Assembly: GCA_045863235.1 (NCBI GenBank) | Contig: BTUM01000002.1 | Location: 128,001 to 192,000 of the forward strand | Length of the DNA stretch: 64,000 nt | Reading direction: 5' to 3' | From: Candidatus Xenobia bacterium | GTDB lineage: Bacteria; Vulcanimicrobiota; Xenobia; Xenobiales; QWHO01 | Part shown: positions 27,112 through 37,584 of the stretch, one piece after another | Numbering within the stretch: position 1 is the stretch's first letter | How the letters are laid out: every line of letters begins with the position of its first letter | Position numbers and translations under genes: made by a program | The notes under the pieces: generated by a model | Told to the model about the DNA's origin: nothing | The model's database searches: none | Seen by the model: the letters and a program-made list of their open reading frames with translations, nothing else

Positions 27112-27957
27112 GTGGTGCCGCGACTCCTTCTCATCCTGCTCTTGACCCTGGCGGCGGCCGCTCAGCCGAGCGAGAGTGAGCTTGACGAGCTGCTCGACTG
27201 GCAGGATCAGCAGATCGTCGAGCGCTTCTCCGCTGACGGCTCGGCCGATCACCGCTGGGACGCCCTTTTGCAGGCACTGGCCGAGCAGCTCGTGGTGGGG
27301 GTGAGCCAGGTGTTCCCCAGCCAGGGTCAGCCGGTCAGCTTTCGGGTCTTTCGCCAGAAGCTGGGCTTCAACGCGGTGTGCTGGCACCGGGTGGTCATCG
27401 TGGACAGCCTGCTGATGGAGGGGCTCGAGCGACTCTCCCAGGGCCAGGCCGTGTATGGCAAGCTGGACACCCCCTACACCGAGTCCATCCTGCGGCAGAT
27501 CGGGATGGAGCGCCCCGAGCTGCCACCTCCCCCCGGCCTGAACTGGGAGCGCGAGCAACAAGCCCGCAAGCTCTTCGAGGAGGTGCTGGCGGCCTGGATC
27601 TGCCACGAGGTCAGCCACGCCTACCTGGGCCACGCGCGCGAGCGCTTGCGCCAGGCGCGCCGGCTCGAGCAGGGCAATTCCCAGATGAACCCCCTGCTGC
27701 TCGATCAACAGATCCGCAATCACCTCGACTATCGTCTCGGCCCCACCAACGAGCTGGAAGCGGACCGCTACGGCGCTCGCCTGGCCCTGCGCTCGGGTTT
27801 CGGGCTGGAGGGCTATCGGAGAGCCCTCTGGATCATCGCCCGCCTCGAGAAGCTGTCCGGAGCCGACGCCAGCTTCTATCGCACCCACCCCCAGCCGGAA
27901 GACCGAACCCGCGTGCTGGAGGAGGTCGAGGCGGAGGAGTCCCAGGGGCGGTCTTGA
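27112..27957 (+). CDS. secreted M48-family Zn metallopeptidase
   Basis: Signal peptide, FNA, HEVSH (HExxH), ELEADRYG, THP. Confidence 0.85.
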   Translation: MVPRLLLILLLTLAAAAQPSESELDELLDWQDQQIVERFSADGSADHRWDALLQALAEQLVVGVSQVFPSQGQPVSFRVFRQKLGFNAVCWHRVVIVDSLLMEGLERLSQGQAVYGKLDTPYTESILRQIGMERPELPPPPGLNWEREQQARKLFEEVLAAWICHEVSHAYLGHARERLRQARRLEQGNSQMNPLLLDQQIRNHLDYRLGPTNELEADRYGARLALRSGFGLEGYRRALWIIARLEKLSGADASFYRTHPQPEDRTRVLEEVEAEESQGRS

Positions 27958-29294
27958 ACCTTGTTCGTGCGGTGCTGAACAACGGCGACACACTCGCCTC
28001 GCGCTATCAGGTCGAGAGAGTGCTCGGCCAGGGGGGCATGGGGGCGGTCTACCTGGCCCGCGATCTTCGCATTCCCTGCCAATGGGCTGTCAAGGAGATG
28101 ACCGCCGAGCCCGAAGCCGAGGCCATGTTCCGGGCTGAGGCCGAAGTGCTGTGCAGCCTCAAGCATCCCAACCTGCCCCGCATCACCGACTTCTTCGGGG
28201 AAGACGGCAAGCAGTACCTGGTCATGGACTACGTGGAGGGCCCCACCCTCGAGCAAGTCCTGAGCCAGCGTCAGCTCACCCTGGCCGAGGTGATCGATCT
28301 GGGGCGTCAGCTGAGCGAGGTGCTGGAGTATCTGCACGGGCTGGCTCCCCCACTCATTTTTCGTGATCTCAAGCCGGCTAACATCATTATGGCGCCGGGC
28401 GGCACGGTCAAGCTGATCGACTTTGGCATCGCCCGACACTTCCAACCAGAAAAGGCCAGCGACACCCGGGCCCTGGGCACCCCCGGCTACGCCGCTCCTG
28501 AGCAATACGGCCACGGACAGTCGGACGAGCGGACCGATCTCTACGCGCTGGGAGCCACGCTCTATCACGCGCTGAGCGGCCGTGATCCGGGCCAGGCTCC
28601 TTTCCAGTTCCCGCCCCTCGGCCTGGCCGAGCCGGGCCTGGAGGCGCTGGTCCTCAAAGCCGTCAGCCTGGAGCCCGTCAACCGTTTCCAGTCGGCCCGA
28701 GAGTTGCGCCTGGCCCTGCAGGCCCTGGGCGGGGGCCAGCAGTTGCCCACCCAGGTGCTGCATAGCTCGCCGGCCGGCTTCGACCCTCGTGAGGTGCGTC
28801 TGGGAGTGGTGCGCCGGGGCCAGTCGGTCAGGCGCAAGATCGTCCTGAAGGGCGACTGGAATGCCCGTCTGGTCAGCAACCAGCGCTGGCTGCAGGTCGA
28901 GCCCGAGCACGTGCAGGGAAAGGACGTGCGGGTCGAGCTGATCGCCCATACCTCCGGGCTCAAGGAAGGGGGCCATTTTCAGGCCGAGCTGACGGTGCAG
29001 GGCCAACAGGGAATTCGGCCGATGTCTGTGGAAGTGGACGTCGAGCGCGCCCACGTCAGCTTCTTCAGCCAGGCGTTGAGTTTTCTGCTGTGCCTGGCCA
29101 GCGTGCTGCCGGGAATCGGGTTCGTGGCCACCGGAGTTCTCGGTGTGGCCTACCTCTCGACTCCACGCCGCGAGCGCGCGGCCATGAGGATCTTCGTGGC
29201 CGTCGCCACGCTGCTGAGCACGCTCTGGTTGGGCTTTTTCACCCTGGTGGGGGTGGGACTCTACCAACTGCCCTGGGATCGGTGGCTGCAATGA
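27954..29294 (+). CDS. Ser/Thr kinase with a C-terminal Ig-like domain and TM helices
   Basis: LGQGGMGAVY, AVKE, FRDLKPAN, DFGIAR, GTPGYAAPE; TTGA coupling with the upstream stop. Confidence 0.92.
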   Translation: MNLVRAVLNNGDTLASRYQVERVLGQGGMGAVYLARDLRIPCQWAVKEMTAEPEAEAMFRAEAEVLCSLKHPNLPRITDFFGEDGKQYLVMDYVEGPTLEQVLSQRQLTLAEVIDLGRQLSEVLEYLHGLAPPLIFRDLKPANIIMAPGGTVKLIDFGIARHFQPEKASDTRALGTPGYAAPEQYGHGQSDERTDLYALGATLYHALSGRDPGQAPFQFPPLGLAEPGLEALVLKAVSLEPVNRFQSARELRLALQALGGGQQLPTQVLHSSPAGFDPREVRLGVVRRGQSVRRKIVLKGDWNARLVSNQRWLQVEPEHVQGKDVRVELIAHTSGLKEGGHFQAELTVQGQQGIRPMSVEVDVERAHVSFFSQALSFLLCLASVLPGIGFVATGVLGVAYLSTPRRERAAMRIFVAVATLLSTLWLGFFTLVGVGLYQLPWDRWLQ

Positions 29295-29307
29295 GAAAGG
29301 GAGGCGC

Positions 29308-30999
29308 ATGAACTGTCCCACCTGCGGGAGCGAGAACGCCCCCGACTCTCGCTTCTGCGAGGATTGCGGGGCCCAGCTGACCGTCTCGCAAGAAGGCATG
29401 GTCGCGGTGGCCGTGCTGGAGGGGCCTCTTGCCCCGGGACGGGTGCTGCAAGAGCGCTGGCGCGTGGACGAGCTGCTCGAGGAAGGGCGCATCAACCGTT
29501 ATCTGGCCGCCGACCTGCAATCTGACGAGCAGCCGGTTCTTCTGCTCGAATGCTCCGATGCCAGCCTGCTGGGCGCCCAGCACGACCTGGTGCGTTCGCT
29601 GGAAGCTCCCTTCATCTGGACAGGAAACCAGCGCTTTGAGGAGGAGGGGCGACTCTACCTGGCCGGACCTCGTCCCGGCCTGACGCGCTTTGAGCAAGAG
29701 ATCGCCGGCGAGCCCTCCCCCGAGCGGGTGGCCCGGGTAGGGGTCGACCTTCTGCGCGGGCTGGAGGCTCTGCACCAGCACGGTTTGCTGCATCTGGCCC
29801 TGCAACCCTCGCGCATCTGGACAGGGGGCGAGCAGGCCGTACTCGATCCCTACGAGCGGCTCTGCCGGGCCCAGTCTCCCGAGGAGAGCTACAGCGTGAC
29901 GCCGGGCTACTCCTCTCCCGAGGCTTACGGCATGCAGGGCGGGGTGCTCGATCCCCGCTCCGACCTGTTCAGTCTGGGCGCGGTGCTCCACTTCGCCCTC
30001 AGCCGCCAGCGCCCCGATCTCGAGTCGCGTGAGAGCTTCTTCAGCTTCCCTCGATTGAGCGGCGGGAAGATCGGCGAGGTTATCATGCGGGCCGTGTCCA
30101 AGGCTCCGGCCGACCGCTTTGCCAGTGCCGGTGAGATGCTGCACGCACTGGAAGACTGCCTGGCCGATTCGGGTCAGGTCCCCGCCACCTCCCCGGTGGT
30201 CGCGGGCTACGAGATCGCGATGAAGACCGACATCGGCTGCGTGCGCTCGATCAATCAAGACGCCTGTGCCGAAGTGCAGTTCGTGGTCTGGGAGAAGGAC
30301 GTGCCCACCCGGGCCCACCTCGTCGTGGTGGCCGATGGGATGGGCGGTGAGGCCGAAGGCGACAAGGCCGCCTCCCTTGCGGTGCGCTCGCTGGCTCGCG
30401 AGGTTCTGACCTCGGTGTTGCACTTCCAGGTGGCCGGAGAGACAAACCGCCTGCTCCCCACCGACCCCATCGAACGAGCCCGGGTGTTGCTCGAGCGCGG
30501 CATCGAAACGGCCAATCGCTCCATCCACGACTACGCCGAGCTCGACATGTCCAGGCGCGGCATGGGTTGCACCATGACCGCTGTGCTGCTGGTGGGCGAC
30601 ACTGCCGTGCTGGGCCACGTGGGCGACACACGCGGCTACCGCTTCCGGGGCCAAGAGCTTGACCTGGTCACCACCGACCACTCACTGGTGGGGCGGCTGG
30701 TGCAGATGGGCCAGATGAGCCGCGAGGAGGCCCGCAACTCACCCCAACGTAGCATTATCTACCGGGCCCTGGGCACCAATCCCGAGGTGGAGGTGGATCT
30801 CTACGAGCGCCGTCTGGCGGCCGGAGATTACCTGCTGATCTGCTCCGATGGCGTCTGGGAGTATTACCAGGACGAGGAGCTGAGCGAGTTCTTCGCACGC
30901 GGTCCCAACGCGGCCGAGGCGGCCAACTGGTTGGTGGCCACCTGTCTCGAGCGGGGAGCCGACGACAACGCCACCTGCGCCATCATCCGTCACCTCTGA
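29308..30999 (+). CDS. Zn ribbon + pseudokinase + PP2C (PPM) protein phosphatase fusion
   Basis: CPTC...CEDC; a kinase-like region with HLALQP in place of HRDLKP; PPM motifs NQDA, VADGMGG, HVGDTR, CSDG, DNAT. Confidence 0.88.
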   Translation: MNCPTCGSENAPDSRFCEDCGAQLTVSQEGMVAVAVLEGPLAPGRVLQERWRVDELLEEGRINRYLAADLQSDEQPVLLLECSDASLLGAQHDLVRSLEAPFIWTGNQRFEEEGRLYLAGPRPGLTRFEQEIAGEPSPERVARVGVDLLRGLEALHQHGLLHLALQPSRIWTGGEQAVLDPYERLCRAQSPEESYSVTPGYSSPEAYGMQGGVLDPRSDLFSLGAVLHFALSRQRPDLESRESFFSFPRLSGGKIGEVIMRAVSKAPADRFASAGEMLHALEDCLADSGQVPATSPVVAGYEIAMKTDIGCVRSINQDACAEVQFVVWEKDVPTRAHLVVVADGMGGEAEGDKAASLAVRSLAREVLTSVLHFQVAGETNRLLPTDPIERARVLLERGIETANRSIHDYAELDMSRRGMGCTMTAVLLVGDTAVLGHVGDTRGYRFRGQELDLVTTDHSLVGRLVQMGQMSREEARNSPQRSIIYRALGTNPEVEVDLYERRLAAGDYLLICSDGVWEYYQDEELSEFFARGPNAAEAANWLVATCLERGADDNATCAIIRHL

Positions 31000-31018
31000 G
31001 CCAGAGGATAAAGGACAG

Positions 31019-31483
31019 CTACTCTTCGGGCGGGGTGGTGGGCTCGCCGCCCAGCGTACGCTCGCGGCGCCGCCGGTCGTTGGGCTTGATGGCCTCGGCC
31101 ACCACGGCCAGTGAGCGCTTGTGCTGACCGTCCACCAGGATCTCCACGCTATAGGTCCCGGCCACGGGAATGCTCATCGACTGCAGCGAGATGCTCATCG
31201 GCATGATGATGCGCTCGCCCGGCTTGGCGTGGTCGGGGATGCGGTTGAGCTGGAAATCGGCATCCATCTCGGCCAGGCGCTTGCCGTCCTGGTCCTGCAG
31301 CACAATGGTCATCCGGTGGTGCCGAGAGGCCTCGATGGGATGCACCTCCAGCACCATCGCCAGGCTGACACCCATGGCGGCCGGAAAGCGGTCGCGCCAG
31401 AGCCGGTTGATCCCCCCGCCGAGAACGTGCAACAAGCCCTCGCGGACCGTGGCAAAATCGCAGAGCATGGCATCAATATGCAT
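31019..31483 (-). CDS. conserved hypothetical beta-sandwich protein
   Basis: MHIDAMLCDFATVREGLLHVLGGG...GTYSVEILVDG; SD-like CAGGAAG. Confidence 0.7.
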   Translation of the reverse strand: MHIDAMLCDFATVREGLLHVLGGGINRLWRDRFPAAMGVSLAMVLEVHPIEASRHHRMTIVLQDQDGKRLAEMDADFQLNRIPDHAKPGERIIMPMSISLQSMSIPVAGTYSVEILVDGQHKRSLAVVAEAIKPNDRRRRERTLGGEPTTPPEE

Positions 31484-31645
31484 GGGGCGGGCTTCCTGAG
31501 GCACGGCAAACTTCCCTGCCGCCAGCTTCGGGCCGCCTCTGCAAAACTTCCTTCTCTCAGGGCGGGCTCTGGAGATGGAACTCTAACAGTTCTCCAGTTG
31601 TGCCAGCAAGCCGCTCATGGTATCCTCTGCATGCAGACAAGACCC

Positions 31646-32033
<388 letters not shown>

Positions 32034-32035
32034 AA

Positions 32036-32059
32036 GAGGGCCTCGGAAACGAGGCCCTC
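32036..32059. terminator. hairpin between convergent ssrA and smpB
   Basis: GAGGGCCTCG-GAAA-CGAGGCCCTC perfect stem. Confidence 0.8.
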
Positions 32060-32085
32060 GCTCTTTCCAGGGGTCGGGGTCGAGG

Positions 32086-32562
32086 TCACTCTTTGAGGGC
32101 GTAACGCATGGCCTTCTCGACCTCCCGTTGTGCGTCCCTGGCAGCCTCGCTCTCGCGCTTGTCGTATAGCTTCTTGCCCTTGCCAAGGGCCAGCTCCACC
32201 TTCACCTTGCCGTTCAGGAAGTAAAGGCGCAGGGGAATCAGGGTCAGACCCTTCTCCTGGGTCTTGCCGATGAGCCGCCGAATCTCCATGCGATGCAAGA
32301 GCAGCTTGCGGGGCCGCAAAGGGTCGTGGTTGAAGCGATTGCCTTTGTCGAAGGGGCTGATGTGCAGGTTGTAGAGCCACACCTCGTTTTGCTGCACCAC
32401 CGCATAGGCGTCGGTCAGGTTGGCTTTGCCCTGGCGCAGCGACTTCACCTCGGTCCCCACCAGGACCAGACCGCACTCGATCGTCTCGAGAATGTGATAC
32501 TCATGACGAGCCTTGCGGTTGAGCGCGATGTTGCGCTCGCGCGGGGCGGGCTTATCGGTCAA
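32086..32562 (-). CDS. smpB: SsrA-binding protein
   Basis: [47 protein letters not shown] start at 32562 inferred. Confidence 0.97.
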   Translation of the reverse strand: MTDKPAPRERNIALNRKARHEYHILETIECGLVLVGTEVKSLRQGKANLTDAYAVVQQNEVWLYNLHISPFDKGNRFNHDPLRPRKLLLHRMEIRRLIGKTQEKGLTLIPLRLYFLNGKVKVELALGKGKKLYDKRESEAARDAQREVEKAMRYALKE

Positions 32563-34060
32563 GGGCGTAGAGCTCGCCAAACTTGGTCTCCAGGTAGCGC
32601 AGGAACGGCCCGCACTGGATTCCCTCACCGGTCACCTTCTGCACGAGCTCCTTGGGCAGATACTTCTTGGCTCGCGAGTGCACGTGCTCGATCAGCCAGC
32701 CCAGCACGGGCTTGAACTGTCCGTTCTCCATCAGCTCGTCCACGTTGGGCAGGTCTTCCAGCATGCGCTCCCACAACTGAGAGGCCACCACGTTGCCGAT
32801 CGAGTAGGTGGGGAAATAGCCCAGGATACCGTGGGCCCAATGGATGTCTTGCAGGCAGCCCGCCCCGTCGTTGGGCACGCTCACCCCCAGATACTCCGAA
32901 TAGCGGTCGTTCCAGGCATCGGGCACGTCCTTGATGGCCAGTTTGCCCTCCATGATCTGAAGCTCGAGCTCGAAGCGAATCATAATGTGCAGGTTGTAGG
33001 TCACTTCGTCGGCTTCCACGCGAATGAGCGATGGCTCCACGCGGTTGATGGCCCGATAGAACTGATCCACGGTATAACCGTGGAGCTGCTCGGGGAAGAA
33101 GCCCGCCAGCTTCGGGAAATAGCGCTTCCAGAAGGGCCGGCTACGGCCCACCAGATTCTCCCACCAGCGCGACTGGCTCTCGTGGATGCCCAGCGAGGCC
33201 CCGCCCCGCAGGGGGGTGTGGTTGAACTGGGGCGGAGAGCCCTGCTCATAGAGAGCGTGACCGGCCTCGTGCAGAGTGCCGAACAGCGAGGGCGCCAGGA
33301 AGCGCTCGAAGTAGCGCACCGTGATGCGCACGTCGTGGGCCGAGAAGGAAGTGCAGAAGGGGTGAGCCGAGATGTCCTGGCGACCCCGGTTGAAGTCGTA
33401 CCCGATCTCCTCGGCCATGAACTTGGCGAACGCAATCTGCCGCTCGACGTCGAACCTCTGGTGCAGCGCCGAGGAGTCAAGGTTGACCCCCGACTCACGG
33501 ATCCGCCTGACCAGCGCCACCAGCCGGGGCCGCATCTCGTCGAACATGGCTCGCACCTCGGCCGCCGTGGTGCCCGGCTCCCACTCGTCGAGCAGGGCGT
33601 CGTAGGGATGCTCTTGATAGCCGCGAGCCTCGGCGATCTGGCGAGCCAGCCCCCAGATCTTCTCCAGGTGGGGCGCGAACAGCGGGAAGTCGGAGGAGCG
33701 CTTGGCCTCCACCCAGTTCTCGTGAGCCAGGCTGCAGGTACGGCTGAACTCCTCCACCAGGCTGCCGGGGACGTTGGCCCCCCGGTTGTAGTGGCGGCGG
33801 GCCACCCGGATCAGGCAGGCCTCGTCGGAGTCTTCGGCGGCGCCATTGAGCTCGCTGGCTGCCTCGTCGAGCAACCGGGCCGTCTCGTCCGCAGTCAGGA
33901 TCTCGTGGGCCAGGCGGTCGATGGTGGCCATCTGCTGAGCCCTTGGACCACTGCCCTGTGGAGGCATGTAGGTCTGCTGATCCCAGCTCAACAGGCTGGA
34001 GGTGCTGCGCAGGTCCCAAACAGTGGAGAGACGTTTCTTCAACTCGGCTAGCTTGCTCAT
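32552..34060 (-). CDS. M32 carboxypeptidase (carboxypeptidase Taq family)
   Basis: [41 protein letters not shown]. Confidence 0.96.
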   Translation of the reverse strand: MSKLAELKKRLSTVWDLRSTSSLLSWDQQTYMPPQGSGPRAQQMATIDRLAHEILTADETARLLDEAASELNGAAEDSDEACLIRVARRHYNRGANVPGSLVEEFSRTCSLAHENWVEAKRSSDFPLFAPHLEKIWGLARQIAEARGYQEHPYDALLDEWEPGTTAAEVRAMFDEMRPRLVALVRRIRESGVNLDSSALHQRFDVERQIAFAKFMAEEIGYDFNRGRQDISAHPFCTSFSAHDVRITVRYFERFLAPSLFGTLHEAGHALYEQGSPPQFNHTPLRGGASLGIHESQSRWWENLVGRSRPFWKRYFPKLAGFFPEQLHGYTVDQFYRAINRVEPSLIRVEADEVTYNLHIMIRFELELQIMEGKLAIKDVPDAWNDRYSEYLGVSVPNDGAGCLQDIHWAHGILGYFPTYSIGNVVASQLWERMLEDLPNVDELMENGQFKPVLGWLIEHVHSRAKKYLPKELVQKVTGEGIQCGPFLRYLETKFGELYALDR

Positions 34061-34173
34061 GGGCAGGGGCTTTTCTACGAGCGAGCGCGCGTCCCTGCGC
34101 GATTTGCACGCGATTTACAGCAAATTTACCGAGCAGCAGGCTTCGCCCCCGGATCAGAGAAACCGCCCCGGCT

Positions 34174-35331
34174 ATGATCATCGAGATGGAAAAGGGCCAC
34201 CCGACCACGGTCGAGGCCATTCGCAAAGTTGCCGCTCGGCACGGCAACACCCTGGAAGTCATCGAAGGCAGCGAGGTTTACGACACGCTGCACGTCATCG
34301 GAGACGTGCGCTCGCTGGCCGCCCAGGCAGATTACCTGGCCAACCTGGCCGGTGTCGAGCGAGTCTGGCGCATCAGCTCGAGCTACAAGAACATCGCCCG
34401 GGTGGTGGGCGACGGCAAGCGCCAGGCCGTGCACCGCCAGCGGCGGGTGGTGGAGGTGAGCGGGCCCGACGGCTTGGTGCGCCGCATCGGCGGGGGCAAG
34501 CACGTCTTTCTAGCCGGTCCCGACTCGGTACAGACCGAGGAGCAGACCCTGACCCAGGCTCGCATGCTGGCGGACATGGCCGATCGGCTCAAGATCCGCG
34601 ATCGACTGATCTTCCGGGCCGGGGCCTTCAAGCCGCGCACCCGTCCCACCGATTTTCGAGGGCTGGGACTGGAGGGCATCGCCATCCTGGACCGGGTCCG
34701 CCAGGAAACGGGCATCCCCTACATCACCGAGGTGATGGACCACACCCTGGTGGAGCAACTTGCCGGCCATGTGGACATGTTCCAGATCGGCACCCGCAAC
34801 GCTCAGGACTTTGCCCTGCTCGAGAAAGTGGGCAACTCGGGCAAGCCGGTCATGCTCAAGCGCGGCTTCGGCAACGATGCCGAGGAGTGGTTCAACGCCG
34901 CCGAGTACATCGCCAACCAGGGAAACCTGGATATCGTGCTGTGCGAGCGGGGGGTGAAGACCATGTTTGCCAAGAACGGCTATAATCGCTTCACGCCCGA
35001 CTTCAACGTGTTGCGCCACGCCAAAGAGAAGACCATCTTGCCGGTGGCCTTCGACCCCAGTCACGCTGCCGGCGACGACCGCCTGGTGGCCGAGAACCTG
35101 CTGGCCAGCCTGGCCTTCCTGCCCGACGCCAGCATCACCGAGGTGCTCCACGCCGAATCATTCCGCGTCGAGCAGATGTGCGACGCCCGCCAGGCCCTGC
35201 TGATCGAGCTTTACGAAAAGGCCGTGGAGGCCGTGCTGGCCTTCGAAGCCGGGGTAGCGCCCCTGCTCCAGCAGGTGGAGGACCACTTCGAGTTGCGCCG
35301 GGGGGCCACCCAGGAGGCGGGGGCGCGATGA
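34174..35331 (+). CDS. DAHP synthase, type I-beta, with N-terminal regulatory domain
   Basis: AGPDSV, RAGAFKPRT, QIGTRNAQ, LKRG, LCERG, DPSH. Confidence 0.88.
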   Translation: MIIEMEKGHPTTVEAIRKVAARHGNTLEVIEGSEVYDTLHVIGDVRSLAAQADYLANLAGVERVWRISSSYKNIARVVGDGKRQAVHRQRRVVEVSGPDGLVRRIGGGKHVFLAGPDSVQTEEQTLTQARMLADMADRLKIRDRLIFRAGAFKPRTRPTDFRGLGLEGIAILDRVRQETGIPYITEVMDHTLVEQLAGHVDMFQIGTRNAQDFALLEKVGNSGKPVMLKRGFGNDAEEWFNAAEYIANQGNLDIVLCERGVKTMFAKNGYNRFTPDFNVLRHAKEKTILPVAFDPSHAAGDDRLVAENLLASLAFLPDASITEVLHAESFRVEQMCDARQALLIELYEKAVEAVLAFEAGVAPLLQQVEDHFELRRGATQEAGAR

Positions 35332-36155
35332 TGCTGCTGCTCCTGCTGATCGTGCTGGCCGCCCCCGGTTTGGCCCAGAGCCTCTCGGTCATGGGCAATC
35401 CCCGCCAGGGAGATCCGCTCTTCGTCTCGGTTCAGGGGGTGCCGTCGGGCACCACGGGCACCCTGCGCTGGGCCAACTTGCGCTTCGAGCTTTCTCCCGG
35501 CGACGAGCAGGGAGTGATGCGCACGGTGGCTCCCGTTCCCGTCGATCTGGCCCCGGGCTCGCATCTGATGGTGGCCGAGCTCTCCGATCAGACCCGTCTC
35601 GAGCGCAAGGTGCCGATCAAGAAGCGCCCCTTTCCGTCCCAGGAGATCTGGCTCAGCGAGGCGACCCTGGCCTCCTACTCCACTCCCCAGAACAAGGCCG
35701 ATGACGAGGCCATCCTGGAGGCTCTCAAGCCCTTCGAGCCCCAACGCCTCTGGTCGGGAAGCTTCCTGTTGCCCTGCCAGGCCCCCCAGACCACCGGCTT
35801 TGGCGCCAAACGCCTCTACAACGGCTGGAAGCGCAGCTACCACAAAGGCCTCGACCTGGCCGGCTGGGAGGGCCAGGAGGTGCTGGCTCCGGCCGATGGA
35901 GTGGTGCTGCACACCGCCCAGGGCATCGTCAACGGCAACACCGTGGTGCTGGGCCATGGACTGGGGCTGGGCACGAGCTATTTCCACCTCTCCAGCATCG
36001 AGGTGGAGGAAGGCCAGACCGTCAAGCGAGGCCAGGTGATCGGCCGGGTGGGCGGCACAGGCGGCTTTGCCCCCCACCTGCACTGGGAGCTGCGGGCTCA
36101 CGGAGTGCCGGTCGAGCCCCATGGCGTGCTGGAGCTGCCCGCCTCCTGGCGCTGA
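35328..36155 (+). CDS. secreted M23-family metallopeptidase
   Basis: Signal peptide, HKGLD, YFHLS, GQVIGRVG...PHLHW. Confidence 0.92.
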   Translation: MMLLLLLIVLAAPGLAQSLSVMGNPRQGDPLFVSVQGVPSGTTGTLRWANLRFELSPGDEQGVMRTVAPVPVDLAPGSHLMVAELSDQTRLERKVPIKKRPFPSQEIWLSEATLASYSTPQNKADDEAILEALKPFEPQRLWSGSFLLPCQAPQTTGFGAKRLYNGWKRSYHKGLDLAGWEGQEVLAPADGVVLHTAQGIVNGNTVVLGHGLGLGTSYFHLSSIEVEEGQTVKRGQVIGRVGGTGGFAPHLHWELRAHGVPVEPHGVLELPASWR

Positions 36156-36157
36156 GC

Positions 36158-37468
36158 CTACTGACCTCGCTGCTGCAGCTTCCGGGCGATAGCGTCGGCC
36201 AGGGCCTGGTTGCCGGTACGGGCTCCCCCACCGGCAGGCTTCGGGGTATCCGGGGCCCCAAATTTCGGCGTGGGTGCGGGCGCCCCCCCCGTGGAGCCAG
36301 CTTCACGGCCGGCAAACAGCCCGGCCAATCCCCCGGTGACGGTGGACTGGGAAGAGAAGGCCGAACGCACAGGGCCTGACAGGTCAGAGGAACTGACAGC
36401 CGCCTGCTTCTTTTTCTCCATGTCATCGACGACCCGGGCGGCAGCCTCGGCATCCACCTTGGGGAGCGGATTCCAGGGCAGCTTCTTGGGGTCGGGCGGA
36501 CCCGCGATCTGTTGGCGAACTTGCGTCACGACCTCGGGCCGGACAAAGAGCAACGGCGGCGGCATGTGGAGACTGCCGGGTGGAGGCGCGGGTGGTAACG
36601 GCGCGGGACCGCGCCCGGGAGGACCCACGGGCGGAGCGGCGGCCATCACCGGCGGCGGACCCACGGCAGGGCGGGCGCCAGTCGGGGGGGCAGCCGCCAT
36701 GACGGGTGGCGGACCCACGGGTGGAGCCGCCGACATGACCGGGGGCGCTCCTACCGGAGGCGGCCCTGGGGGACGCGGAGGCTGGCCGGGCGGTCCCGGA
36801 GCAGCGGGCATTCCGGCTGGAGGAGCCGGCCGAGGAGGCAGCCCGGGAGGGGCCGCCTGCATTCCCGGGGGACCGACCGGAGGCGGCGGCATTCCGGGTG
36901 GACCGGGGGGACGAGGGGGCATTCCTGGCGGGCCCATAGCCGCTGGTGGGGCTTGAGGTGCTCCGGAAGGCTGAGGCACTCCCGGAGGGCCCATGGCCGG
37001 TGGCGGGGCTTGAGGAGGCTGGGGAACTCCCGGAGGGCCCGCTGGACGAGCCTGAGGCGGAGCGCCCGGAGGCTGGGGCATTCCCGGAGCTCCCGGCATT
37101 CCGGGCGGCATCGGACGCGGCGGCATGGGAGGCAAGCCTGCCTGAGCCGGGGGCGCTGCCTGGGCCTGCGAGGCCGGTGGGGCGGGTGGGGCTGGTGGGG
37201 CCGGGACCGGGGCACCATGAGGAGGAGGAGGAGCAGAGGTCCCTCCACCGGCGAGCCGGGCCAGCCCGGCCTGAGCCTCGCCATTGCCCGGGTCGAGCTC
37301 GAGGGCGATCTTGTAGATCTCGGCCGCCTTGGCGTGGTTTCCTCGCCGATGGTACAGCTCGCCAGCGCCGACGTAATACTTGGCCGCCTTCGGACCCTGA
37401 CCCATGTCACGGTAGAGTTCGGCTACCTCGAGTCGGTGCTGTGCCTCTTCCTCGGTCGGGACGTCCAT
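36158..37468 (-). CDS. TPR-domain protein with a long Pro/Gly/Ala/Met-rich disordered region
   Basis: N-terminal TPR (AAEIYKIALELDPGN) followed by about 230 aa of PPG-rich sequence. Confidence 0.75.
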   Translation of the reverse strand: MDVPTEEEAQHRLEVAELYRDMGQGPKAAKYYVGAGELYHRRGNHAKAAEIYKIALELDPGNGEAQAGLARLAGGGTSAPPPPHGAPVPAPPAPPAPPASQAQAAPPAQAGLPPMPPRPMPPGMPGAPGMPQPPGAPPQARPAGPPGVPQPPQAPPPAMGPPGVPQPSGAPQAPPAAMGPPGMPPRPPGPPGMPPPPVGPPGMQAAPPGLPPRPAPPAGMPAAPGPPGQPPRPPGPPPVGAPPVMSAAPPVGPPPVMAAAPPTGARPAVGPPPVMAAAPPVGPPGRGPAPLPPAPPPGSLHMPPPLLFVRPEVVTQVRQQIAGPPDPKKLPWNPLPKVDAEAAARVVDDMEKKKQAAVSSSDLSGPVRSAFSSQSTVTGGLAGLFAGREAGSTGGAPAPTPKFGAPDTPKPAGGGARTGNQALADAIARKLQQRGQ

Positions 37469-37584
37469 CTGCCGGCCTTTCTGCGGTGTTGTGCGGCTGA
37501 TATTCGCGGATTCGCCATGATCTCCCTTCGCGGTAACAATCCGTTTACACGGCGCTCGACTGATGCAGCTATGCTGTGGTCGAA

